In this document: positions 8,601 to 16,642 of the stretch, piece by piece
Position numbering within the stretch: position 1 is the stretch's first letter
Layout: each line of letters starts with the position of its first letter
Virus record (IMG/VR): IMGVR_UViG_3300042564_004737
Reading direction: 5' to 3' (one strand)
Source of the DNA: a virus
Taxonomy: Duplodnaviria > Heunggongvirae > Uroviricota > Caudoviricetes
Length of the DNA: 64,000 nucleotides
Notes under the pieces: model-generated
The model's database searches: none
The model's input: only the letters and a program-made list of their open reading frames with translations
Told to the model about the DNA's origin: nothing
Program-made: the position numbers and the translations under genes

Positions 8601-9999
8601 CATTGGCATTTGCACCACGGCGCAGCACATTCTTAAGTTCTTGTTTTGCTCCGTGTTCCAACCCAGCACGAGTCAATTGGCTGGCTCGCACAGCAGCCTT
8701 CACAGCGTCAGCGCCAGTGTTGATCGGAGTGGTTGTGGCGCAGCCTGGTGAACCAGCAACACATGCTGCCAATGCAGCCGTGGCTAACTTGTCCCGGATA
8801 CCTTCTTCTAACCCGTCATCGTTGAAAAACTCCGGATGCTGTTCGGCATAGTCACGCATCAGCACACCGGCCTGGGCGTTGGCTTGATTTTCCCATCGGC
8901 TACCAGTGGCGCCGGCAGTGTCTGGCACTGTTTCTATTTCGTGTTGTCTGGTGTGGGTGAGTTCATGTGCCACTGTGCGCAATATGTCCATCACATGGCG
9001 TCCAGCTAGGCTCACTTCCAATAGATTATGGTCAGAATTGTAACGGCCAAAAGTTTTGTTACGAGCGCTCCACTGCGGATCCTTCTTGAACTTCACTTGA
9101 GGCGGTTGCTCAATGCCCAACTGCTCCACACAGTAATCAATGAACGATGACACAATGTCAACGACACTGGCTGCGGGCTTTTCGCTTAAGAACATTTTTG
9201 TTTCGGGGCTCACACCACTGGGATTGCTGCTGACATCTTCAGTTTTGAATCCGTATGTGAATGGTCGTTTAACAACTATTTCACGCTCACGCAGGCTCAA
9301 CTCCCGGTCTCTGGCAGCGTTTCTAGCGTCAATCAATCGTTTGATAGCGCCTTGGTTGCGCAGCATTTTGAATGCTAGATTATCTGCACCAAACTCGCCA
9401 TGCTGATTCAGTCCGGCTTGTCGCATGGCTTTGATTTTGCTCATCAATTTGGCCATGTCATCATGATCACCAGATGCAACAGCACTATCAATTCGTGCAG
9501 CCAAATCTTCGTATTTGCTGCGAGTGGATATGTCATCTACTCCAGCATCTCTACGCTTGGGCACATCAATCCATTGATTGTTCAACACACTGTAAATGCC
9601 TTGACTCACATGTGTTTTATTAGCATCTTGTACATACAGTTCCACAGGATGACTGCCAATGGTGATGTTGTGCTGTTGGTTGTATTGAAACTTTTTAGCA
9701 TCAAACAGTTCGCGATACACTTCGCTGTTGTCAGCTTCGGGCAAATCAACCACCAGGTGTAGATCGATGTCAGAATTGGGAGTGTATGTGTACGCAGCAT
9801 TGGATCCGCTGATGGTTATATCTTTGAGATCGTATCCGCTTACTCCTAAAAACTCGCGGAAATCATCAGCTATTTGCAGCAAATGATCATGCACTTCGGG
9901 CCGTAACTGTTCGTTGTTGTCCCACAGACGCGGATTCAAACGCTGGTTAAACTTAACAGCGTCGGCCAAATTGTAGGAATCAAGTTCAAGAATATTCAT
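5656..9999 (-). CDS. Polyvalent polyprotein (1447 aa): Pol-beta nucleotidyltransferase, HExxH metallopeptidase, Tat-like signal + M48-like protease, amidoligase
   Basis: Start corrected to MNILEL, 7 nt after TAAATA. Motifs: GSNA...SDIDLH; AHELTH (8953-8967); DRRAALKALGAG...AKA; AHELGH (7993-8007) with SHPS..RI; GMEFE, PDGSL, EFVSPP, TGLHINV, EFRSPGG. Confidence 0.85.
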   Translation of the reverse strand: MNILELDSYNLADAVKFNQRLNPRLWDNNEQLRPEVHDHLLQIADDFREFLGVSGYDLKDITISGSNAAYTYTPNSDIDLHLVVDLPEADNSEVYRELFDAKKFQYNQQHNITIGSHPVELYVQDANKTHVSQGIYSVLNNQWIDVPKRRDAGVDDISTRSKYEDLAARIDSAVASGDHDDMAKLMSKIKAMRQAGLNQHGEFGADNLAFKMLRNQGAIKRLIDARNAARDRELSLREREIVVKRPFTYGFKTEDVSSNPSGVSPETKMFLSEKPAASVVDIVSSFIDYCVEQLGIEQPPQVKFKKDPQWSARNKTFGRYNSDHNLLEVSLAGRHVMDILRTVAHELTHTRQHEIETVPDTAGATGSRWENQANAQAGVLMRDYAEQHPEFFNDDGLEEGIRDKLATAALAACVAGSPGCATTTPINTGADAVKAAVRASQLTRAGLEHGAKQELKNVLRRGANANESSGYIPTKKQARDPRFSMALTKDVQPGATGREANKLNLRTDTQGKPALLMKTANLREDRMQRQRTDPTYNVAEDDLSEVDRRAALKALGAGAMAAAVPGVAKAGPFVDVAALGNTNPDQFNKVWVPRYKELTTRCQDILRQLIAAAGPKWAPLLKGTTIRVVSSENYAQASAISRTITIDLSVFWDAPDAALAFTIAHELGHIALEHATGTDDASADYKTQVRVAAQYRQGELDADEFAVRLCKTLGYNKAEVFKFIAKNEAELQLLDVLTQSPTSSHPSQKTRIERARMNGFQLSRGGIEQMNVLKQHLAEDDTEHRDIVNRLSRELKLYEDQDLFEINMSPTNLKKLAAQTGAMAGMEFEMIVPGADGGDDAADMEPDYDADENVMSIEDAAQFFFDGDFNGRRDIQRLRDSMSEDYQTWLGDAWMEYFETYKNTIVFRYGKENWSEADIAEILGLDEAAAEALENRGASPEDYMDAAEKVIEDGLDPWLNDAQEDAQEDYYNDDHEEDWLRSEGIRSMSDVSSQYDISWPYWSTPGSEGASIEEVADEFREAIGRKVNWSANYHGGRREPDAYVVEPDGSLEPDDSNDSGLEFVSPPLPVDDMISDLNKVRAWAKQRGCYTNDSTGLHINVSVPGFDNDKLDYVKLALLLGDQYVLDQFGRTGNTYAKSAMGMIKERIAQRPEDAAAMLQKMKTGLGELATKVIHSGTTSKYTSINTKTGYIEFRSPGGDWLNENFDKIETTLLRFVVALDAAMDPAKYRDEYLKKLYTVLKPKDQNDTLSYFAKFAAGELPKAALKSFIKQAQLERNKVKDTYAELTPGQSNYKIYQISDGRTVGTFYAADQAQANAEFTDWLMSPEAGGRDDFRYAPIDTPIQGPVATTPVPGVIDIEPDVEQNFVPGSTLDLQRQRQQAAQQSAASGTFRGTWAIKDSQGNTLHTFSGIGNSQADANRVAAGWLARAGYQDGIEVAVVPVMEPS

Positions 10000-10006
10000 T
10001 ATGTAA

Positions 10007-10012
10007 TATTTA
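10007..10012 (-). promoter_or_regulatory. Late promoter core TAAATA
   Basis: GCTAAATATTACATA-ATG of the 1447-aa gene. Confidence 0.65.
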
Positions 10013-10066
10013 GCGCAAATGGAAAAGCCACTGTTAAAGTGGCTTTGTGGAGTGTTGCAGTTTGTT

Positions 10067-10933
10067 TTATTTCTTTTTCTTGCTGGCAGCAATAACTTTG
10101 GTTTCTGCCACAGCAGGTGTAGCAGTTGCAACCTGGGCTGCCAGGGCCGATTGTTTTGCCAGCACATTGGGCGTAAATGCGTCAATCAGCGTTTCTTGTG
10201 CTTCGTGAGCAAAAGTATATGTGCCTGTATGGCGCAACAACACACGCTTGTCTACCCAGACCTTACCACCTAGATCACGCCAGTTTTCACAGAATGTCCA
10301 GTCTTCACTATAGTAGCGATTCTCACGCACTGCTGTGTCAAAGTAGGTTTTCATGTAGGGGTTGAGTTCTGCAGACAAGCCAATGTCATTGATAAATGGT
10401 TTAGTAGCAGGGTGTGCATTTAGTTTTTCAAAAACATCACGCTTGATCAACAAGAATCCTGTACCAGTTTTGCTCACTTCCTGCAGGCCGTCGGTGCCTT
10501 CTTCTCCGCCTTCGATGCCGTTTACACACCATTTGATGGGCAGGCTCTTCATTGGATACAGGCCGCCGATCACATCAACTTGTCGGTTCAACAACACCAA
10601 AATATGCCAGGGTTCAAAGCCAATGTCAGCATCAATAAACAACAGGTGTGTGCTGTCTTTGTTGTGCAAAAACTTAGCAGTGAGTGTGTTACGGGCACGA
10701 CTGATCAAACTTTCGTTTGTGAGCGTTTCCATGGTCCAATCAATGCCCAACTGGCGTGCAGTGTTGCTCCATTTGATATAGCTCATGAATGTGCTTTCAG
10801 TTAACTGACCGCCATAGCATGGCATACAGATGTGTACTCGCGTGGTTTTCAAGTAGTCAATGTTTACTTGGATTTGTTGTTGCCCGCCGACGGGAGTTGA
10901 GGGCAATTCTGTTGTTGGTTGTGCGTCAGCCAT
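10067..10933 (-). CDS. GT-A fold glycosyltransferase
   Basis: ICMPCYGG, SLISRARN, LLFIDAD (DxD), GTGFLLIKR, SEDW.FC; SD AAGGAAAAC before MADAQ. Confidence 0.8.
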   Translation of the reverse strand: MADAQPTTELPSTPVGGQQQIQVNIDYLKTTRVHICMPCYGGQLTESTFMSYIKWSNTARQLGIDWTMETLTNESLISRARNTLTAKFLHNKDSTHLLFIDADIGFEPWHILVLLNRQVDVIGGLYPMKSLPIKWCVNGIEGGEEGTDGLQEVSKTGTGFLLIKRDVFEKLNAHPATKPFINDIGLSAELNPYMKTYFDTAVRENRYYSEDWTFCENWRDLGGKVWVDKRVLLRHTGTYTFAHEAQETLIDAFTPNVLAKQSALAAQVATATPAVAETKVIAASKKKK

Positions 10934-10999
10934 GTTTTCCTTAAAGTTGGTTAGCAATATTTAATATGTGTTGTGCCACTGGCAAAATTTCTTTGCCAA

Positions 11000-11875
11000 T
11001 CACACTTCCACTGTGAGCAGTTTGAAATCACTGGCAGCAGGTTCGTGATTGATGTAGCCGCGTGGATTGCATAACACTCTGGTTTTGCCAATTGTGTAGT
11101 CAAATGGGTGATGTGTGTGCCCGTGCGTCCACAGTCGAATCTGCGGATGATCTTCAATAAACGCATCCAGCTCAGAACTGTAGGCACCGTTCATCAAAGT
11201 CGCATTGGCATACTGTGCATGTGTGCTGAGTCTGCTGGGTGCATGATGCCCTGCCACCACAAACTTTTGATCTGCTCGACCTTCGACACAGTGCTGAATG
11301 TAGGCCACAGATTGACGATGTTGTTCTACAGAATCCTCTGGGCTGAATCTAGCTGGCCGAGTTTTAAAAGTTGGTTTGTCGGGATTGTCAACATCATCAA
11401 AGGTTCTATAATTGACATTTCTGGTGCTGTTGCTGATGATCCTAAAATCGTTCATCATGCTGCTCATGTGGTACAGTGTGAGTGAGTCTTCACGATTCAT
11501 GTCGGTCCACAGTGTGCCGCCAATGAAAGTGATGTCATCAATGACCACTGTTTCTTTTTCCAACACATGCACATTTTTGAGGTAGCCCAACACATCTTTT
11601 AGGTGTTTTTCTGTTGTGGCAAAGTCTCCGTTGTAGTGCTCATGATTGCCCATGATGTAGATCACATGCGGAAACTGTGCAGAGCAGCGTTGCATAAAGT
11701 CATGATAACGATTGCTGCGATATTCTGGACCCATTATTCCATACGGATCCTGTTGCGTAATGTCCCGGGCCACAAGGATGTCGCCGGACAATATCAAGAC
11801 TTGTGCGTTTTGGTCATTGACGATTTCCAAGTCACCGAACTCTAGGTGAATGTCACTTGCTACTGCTATCTTCAT
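11000..11875 (-). CDS. Calcineurin-like metallophosphoesterase
   Basis: SDIHLE, GDI, GNHE, HHAP, HGHTH motifs. Confidence 0.9.
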   Translation of the reverse strand: MKIAVASDIHLEFGDLEIVNDQNAQVLILSGDILVARDITQQDPYGIMGPEYRSNRYHDFMQRCSAQFPHVIYIMGNHEHYNGDFATTEKHLKDVLGYLKNVHVLEKETVVIDDITFIGGTLWTDMNREDSLTLYHMSSMMNDFRIISNSTRNVNYRTFDDVDNPDKPTFKTRPARFSPEDSVEQHRQSVAYIQHCVEGRADQKFVVAGHHAPSRLSTHAQYANATLMNGAYSSELDAFIEDHPQIRLWTHGHTHHPFDYTIGKTRVLCNPRGYINHEPAASDFKLLTVEV

Positions 11876-11887
11876 GTTTGTTGTGCG

Positions 11888-12664
11888 TTAACGATTATAA
11901 GTTTTTTCGTCTATATAATCTGGGTTGATGTGGGAAAAATCAAGATCAATACTGTTTGCTTGTTTTTCTAATTGTAACACATTTTGCATCCATTCTGCAA
12001 GCTGAGTTTTACCAAACTGTCTGCCAGCGCCAACACTGCGGCGTGCTTCGTTGATCTGCTGTTGTATCTGCTCACCAATGCCTAACTTTTTATCAAACAT
12101 TGCTCGAATTGCCGGATCTGGTTGTCCGTACAGATCAGCAATGACCTGATCCTTGTCATGGTCATTGCCTTTGATATACATGCTGCGTATTTCACTGGCA
12201 CTGTTGGCATCTACTCCGTTTACTTGGAAGTTGATGGTGGGAGTGATGGCCACATAACCGTGTTTGGTCATGGGCTTTACGCCTTTGCCAGTCTTGGGCA
12301 GTGGTTGCAAATAACCTGGCGTGCCGTCTTTTTTTGGAGCAAAGTTGAAGCGTTCAGCGTCTTTGGCACTGACTGCAAATACCAATGCTGTTTTGTTTTT
12401 TTCGTCGTCGGACAGATTACCAGTGATTTCTGTTGCTTGATAAGGATTCTTCACATTGGCAATGTGGCTAGCCGGAACACCCAACTTGGTCATCATCATC
12501 ACTTTGTCACTGTAATTGAACGGACTGGTGATGGGTGCCTGCACATTGCTGGTGGCAATATACACGCTATTTTCTCCAAACTTTTTAGTCAGCCAATCAT
12601 AACTGGCCATATGACCGCGGTGAAATGGATGAAAACGACCAGGGTAGATTACAAGATAATTCAT
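11888..12664 (-). CDS. HxGH-family nucleotidyl(cytidylyl/adenylyl)transferase
   Basis: YPGRFHPFHRGH, NPY, NSASEIR; TAAATA (12672-12677) 7 nt upstream. Confidence 0.8.
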   Translation of the reverse strand: MNYLVIYPGRFHPFHRGHMASYDWLTKKFGENSVYIATSNVQAPITSPFNYSDKVMMMTKLGVPASHIANVKNPYQATEITGNLSDDEKNKTALVFAVSAKDAERFNFAPKKDGTPGYLQPLPKTGKGVKPMTKHGYVAITPTINFQVNGVDANSASEIRSMYIKGNDHDKDQVIADLYGQPDPAIRAMFDKKLGIGEQIQQQINEARRSVGAGRQFGKTQLAEWMQNVLQLEKQANSIDLDFSHINPDYIDEKTYNR

Positions 12665-12680
12665 TGTAGCATATTTATGC

Positions 12681-13115
12681 TTACATGTTTTCCAACAACC
12701 ATAGGAAAAGCGGAGTAGAGAATTTTAAACTCACATATCCATTGCAACCCATAACACCAAAAAACTTGTCCTTAACAAACAATTGAGATCCATTGGTGTC
12801 ATGATGATAGACTGTTTGTTCAAAGAACATGTGTCCCAGCTTGATCTCGTCCATTGCTACATTGGCAATTGACAACACAGCATCACTGATGATGTTGCCG
12901 TTTTCGTCAATAACGGTGTGATCTTGTGTTTTATTTTTCAGCACAAATTTAAGTTCATGCTCGCCTTCGTCATCGGCAATGTTGATCTCAACAGCGGTGG
13001 GTTGTGTAACATGCTCTGTGGCAAACACAACCGTGTCGTTTAACAACACTTCAAACGCCAATCGAGCAGTGTAATCAGTGCTGTCTAGGTCAAATGTGAT
13101 TGATGTTGTGTTCAT
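12681..13115 (-). CDS. Hypothetical beta-rich protein
   Basis: Start corrected to MNTTSITF, directly after upstream stop. Confidence 0.7.
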   Translation of the reverse strand: MNTTSITFDLDSTDYTARLAFEVLLNDTVVFATEHVTQPTAVEINIADDEGEHELKFVLKNKTQDHTVIDENGNIISDAVLSIANVAMDEIKLGHMFFEQTVYHHDTNGSQLFVKDKFFGVMGCNGYVSLKFSTPLFLWLLENM

Positions 13116-13116
13116 A

Positions 13117-13491
13117 TCAGTAAGTGACAGCCACTGTGTTGATCTCGGCCACCGTGGATCCGTCGTTTTCAAACCCAGTGACCACTGCTTTGAGCCATGT
13201 GTAATTGCCAGTCAAGTTTACAGGCAAACGAAATTCTGTTGAATCGTCAGTGAGATCATACACGTCAAACCAGTGGGCAGTGACTGGATCAAAATCCAAT
13301 GTTGCCTGAAATTTCATTGAACCGGGAAAGTTGGTTACTGTTACAAATATAGTTTGTAAACTGCCCTGACCCTGATAATAGCCCACCCCTTTGACTGGGT
13401 CACTTTCAAAGAATGTGGTGCTGCCATCGTAATTGCCGTTGGGAGTGCCCACAACTACATTGCTCAACAAGGTCAGTGTGGTCATAGACAT
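13117..13491 (-). CDS. Hypothetical, probable virion protein
   Basis: 124 aa, beta-rich and Thr/Gly-rich; in a late operon. Confidence 0.65.
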   Translation of the reverse strand: MSMTTLTLLSNVVVGTPNGNYDGSTTFFESDPVKGVGYYQGQGSLQTIFVTVTNFPGSMKFQATLDFDPVTAHWFDVYDLTDDSTEFRLPVNLTGNYTWLKAVVTGFENDGSTVAEINTVAVTY

Positions 13492-13492
13492 G

Positions 13493-13657
13493 TTATGCTC
13501 TCACAACTTCCACCACAATGCCTGCGCCCAGCAGTTCTTCGGTTACACTTTGCAGGGCTGCCACAATGTCGTTGCTGACAATTTCCGTGCCAGTATCGCT
13601 ATCTTTGACCAACTTGCTCAGTGTGATCACAACTGTTTCTTCGTGTATTTTTGCCAT
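13493..13657 (-). CDS. Small hypothetical protein (54 aa)
   Basis: Below track cutoff: MAKIHEETVVITLSKLVK...VVEVVRA; TAAGTA (13665-13670) 7 nt upstream; fills the gap exactly. Confidence 0.7.
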   Translation of the reverse strand: MAKIHEETVVITLSKLVKDSDTGTEIVSNDIVAALQSVTEELLGAGIVVEVVRA

Positions 13658-13667
13658 AGTGTATTAC

Positions 13668-14357
13668 TTATCCTTGTACGATGGTATTTGTCTTTTTTAT
13701 CAAACGAGAGTTGATCAAGCTCAACATGGTCAAACAAGCAGCGTCATTATGATCAATGAAATAGTAAGGTTCTGTCCATTTGAACGGCTGTGTTGTCCAA
13801 TCGGCCAAACAGGGACTCAGTCTGAAATCAGCACGGTTATTGTTTAAGAACTGCACAATCGATTGCTTTTGCTGATCGGTCAGTTTTGCTCTTGCAAAAT
13901 AGCTGCGATACTGATGTTGTGGATTCTTCAATGTCACAGTGTCTCGCACACGATCAATCACGGCCTGTTTATAATTGACCCATGCAAAATGACCCACAGC
14001 CAACAACTGATCAAACAACACAGCATCGTTTGTGTACAGACGAATGTTGCCCCATTCCACTAGCAATTTGAAAGGATATGCAGTGTCTATCAGCAGTTGA
14101 CAAATTTTGTGTAAATTGTCAATTACATCAGCGGGCATGCCGGGGTTTCTGGCAGACAGCAGGGGGGTGTGATAGGTGCGGCGCATCTGTACCACTTCAT
14201 CTATCCACTTGTGTGTGAGCCGTCGCAGACAAGTGGCTTCGCTAAGGCCAGCGGTCATGCAATACCTGTATTGATCGAAAAATAAGCGATCTCTACTGAC
14301 GGATTGAAATTCAGACAGCAGGGGCATCGAGTAAAATATATCCTTTTCCGTCCACAA
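13668..14357 (-). CDS. Hypothetical protein
   Basis: 229-aa ORF tiling after clpA; start uncertain (14327 possible). Confidence 0.65.
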   Translation of the reverse strand: MWTEKDIFYSMPLLSEFQSVSRDRLFFDQYRYCMTAGLSEATCLRRLTHKWIDEVVQMRRTYHTPLLSARNPGMPADVIDNLHKICQLLIDTAYPFKLLVEWGNIRLYTNDAVLFDQLLAVGHFAWVNYKQAVIDRVRDTVTLKNPQHQYRSYFARAKLTDQQKQSIVQFLNNNRADFRLSPCLADWTTQPFKWTEPYYFIDHNDAACLTMLSLINSRLIKKTNTIVQG

Positions 14358-16584
14358 TTGGCAGGGGACCAGTCAGCGGTTTGGTCACAAACATCAGCTC
14401 GTCAGCAACCATGATGGCCAATATAGAACAGTCTTTGATCTGATCAAACAGTATGCGCTTGCTGAGCGGAACACGAATCAGTTCGTCAATCTTGCGACTC
14501 AGCGGTCTAGCACCCATCTTGGGATCGTATCCTTTTTCCGACAGCATGTTGATAACACTTTCATCAAACATCAGCTTGATGTTCTTGGCGTACAGGCTCT
14601 GCTGTAGTTCTCGTGTGAACTTGACCACAACTTTCTTGATGGCCAATGGATCCAACTTGTTGAACTTGCACACAGCATCAATGCGGTTACGCAGTTCCGG
14701 CTTGAAGAAGTCTTTCATTGCACGATCTTCTTCGCCGTATTTTTCCAACGATTTGCCAAAGCCAATGTTGTTGTTTTCATTGTCTCTGGCACCTAAATTA
14801 CTGGTCATGATGATGATGCAGTTTTTAACATCAACTGATTTGCCACTGCTGCCAGTAATTTTGGCTTCGTCCAGCATCTGCAACATGATGTTGACCACGT
14901 CAGGATGTGCCTTTTCAATTTCATCAAACAGCAGCACACTGAATGGGTTCTTGGATATGTCACTGATCAATTTGCCGCCGCCCACATTGCCGTCATCAAA
15001 GCCCACATAGCCCGGCGGTGCACCAATCAAGCTGGCAATGCTGTGCTTTTCCTGAAACTCGCTCATGTCATATTTCAGCAGGTGCATGTCAAGATTCTCT
15101 GCCAGCAGCTTGGCCAATTCTGTTTTGCCTGTGCCAGTTGGACCCAGGAACAAAAAGCTGGCCACCGGCTTTTTGGGATTGCCAATGCCAGAGAAGTTGA
15201 TGTACACTCGTTCCAGCACAGTGTCAATTGCTGCATCCTGCCCGTACAGGAATTGTTTGACATTGCTTTCAAGTTCGGTAATTTTGATACTGCGTTCGTT
15301 TTGCAAGCGGTCCAGTGGAATACTGGTCACACGGCTGACCTGTGCCATGATCATGTGTTTGTTCACTGTGACTGTGCCTTGATCCAACACTCGCTGTGCA
15401 GCACAGGCACCGTCCAGCAGATCAATTGACTTGTCAGGATTCTTACGATCGTGTATGTAGCGTCCACTCAGTTCCACTGCTGCACACATGGCGTCTGTGT
15501 CAATCATCACATTGTGGAATGATTCCAGTCTAGGGCTGATGCCAATCAGGATCTGCTCAGTGGTGGCAGCATCCGGCTCACCAATGGTGACTCTGTGAAA
15601 ACGGCGCATTAGCGCACGATCACGCTCGAATGATTCGTAGTATTCTTCCCAGGTGGTACTGGCAATCACTTTCAAGTTGCCACTGGTGATGGCCGGTTTG
15701 ATCATGTTGGCAAAGTCCAGACTGCTGGATCCACTGGCACCCGCACCCATCATGGTGTGTGCTTCGTCAATGAACAGCACACAGTTCTTCTTGGTTTTCA
15801 ATGCTGTGATAACATCTTTGAACTTTTCTTCAAACTCGCCGCGATACTTGCTGCCAGCCAACAGGGATCCAATTTCCAGTCCCCAAACTTCTGCACCTTT
15901 GAGAAACTCTGGCACAGAGCCAGCATGAATTTCTTGTGCCAGTCCGTCAATGATGGCAGTTTTGCCCACACCCGGATCGCCCACCATCAGCACATTGGCC
16001 TTGAACTTGCGGGCCAGCACAGTGATCATTTCTTCCAGTTCGGCTGTGCGCCCAATCATGGGTTCAAGTTGACCTTCGGCTGCTCTGCGACTCAAATTGA
16101 CACAGTGTTCTTCAAGAATTTCGTCGGCCTTGGCGCTGGTCAATTCCACATCAGTGATGTTGTAATTCTTTTGGAAGAATTCAGCAAATTCTGTTTTGCG
16201 AACATTATACTTCAACAAGTAGTAATGTGCATGGCTGTTGGTTTCAGACATCATGGCCAAATACAAGTCCAACAAGGTAATTGTTCTACGGCCCGTGAAC
16301 AGTACCTGTGTCAGCGCCCGATTAAACACTCGCTCCAGTGCATTGGTTTTGCGTGGGGGATCTGTGCGGTCTGTCAACAGGCTGGTTTGACTCTGCAGGT
16401 AGTTGTGCAATTCAGATTCTAGTTGTTCAACTGGTGTTCCGTATTTTTCTAGTATTTTGCGGAACGATGGATACTGTACCATGGCCAGCAGCACATGTTC
16501 TGTCAGCACATATCCGTGTTTGTGTCCCACAGCAATGGCAGTGGCGTTGTTGACTACAGCATCGATTTCTGGATTATTTTGCAT
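14311..16584 (-). CDS. clpA: ClpA-like ATP-dependent Clp protease ATP-binding subunit
   Basis: Clp N-domain, Walker A GDPGVGKT and GPTGTGKT, KYRGEFEE, FIDEAH, FDEIEKAHP, IGF loop, GARPL; no ClpB middle domain. Confidence 0.9.
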   Translation of the reverse strand: MQNNPEIDAVVNNATAIAVGHKHGYVLTEHVLLAMVQYPSFRKILEKYGTPVEQLESELHNYLQSQTSLLTDRTDPPRKTNALERVFNRALTQVLFTGRRTITLLDLYLAMMSETNSHAHYYLLKYNVRKTEFAEFFQKNYNITDVELTSAKADEILEEHCVNLSRRAAEGQLEPMIGRTAELEEMITVLARKFKANVLMVGDPGVGKTAIIDGLAQEIHAGSVPEFLKGAEVWGLEIGSLLAGSKYRGEFEEKFKDVITALKTKKNCVLFIDEAHTMMGAGASGSSSLDFANMIKPAITSGNLKVIASTTWEEYYESFERDRALMRRFHRVTIGEPDAATTEQILIGISPRLESFHNVMIDTDAMCAAVELSGRYIHDRKNPDKSIDLLDGACAAQRVLDQGTVTVNKHMIMAQVSRVTSIPLDRLQNERSIKITELESNVKQFLYGQDAAIDTVLERVYINFSGIGNPKKPVASFLFLGPTGTGKTELAKLLAENLDMHLLKYDMSEFQEKHSIASLIGAPPGYVGFDDGNVGGGKLISDISKNPFSVLLFDEIEKAHPDVVNIMLQMLDEAKITGSSGKSVDVKNCIIIMTSNLGARDNENNNIGFGKSLEKYGEEDRAMKDFFKPELRNRIDAVCKFNKLDPLAIKKVVVKFTRELQQSLYAKNIKLMFDESVINMLSEKGYDPKMGARPLSRKIDELIRVPLSKRILFDQIKDCSILAIMVADELMFVTKPLTGPLPIVDGKGYILLDAPAV

Positions 16585-16613
16585 TGTGTCTTTCGTGAGT
16601 ATTCAATTAAAGT

Positions 16614-16642
16614 ATTATACTACGATCTAAACTTTAGATCAA
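16614..16642 (-). promoter_or_regulatory. Sigma70-like promoter for clpA with overlapping palindrome
   Basis: TTGATC-17-TATAAT; GATCTAAA-C-TTTAGATC at 16624-16640. Confidence 0.55.

Noticed and set aside
10000-10185. 62-aa N-terminal extension of the 1509-aa ORF
   Set aside because: It overlaps the glycosyltransferase in another frame, and the late promoter core sits 7 nt before ATG 9999. Similar over-extensions were trimmed for the ORFs at 3384, 5815, 22105, 47190 and 58199.
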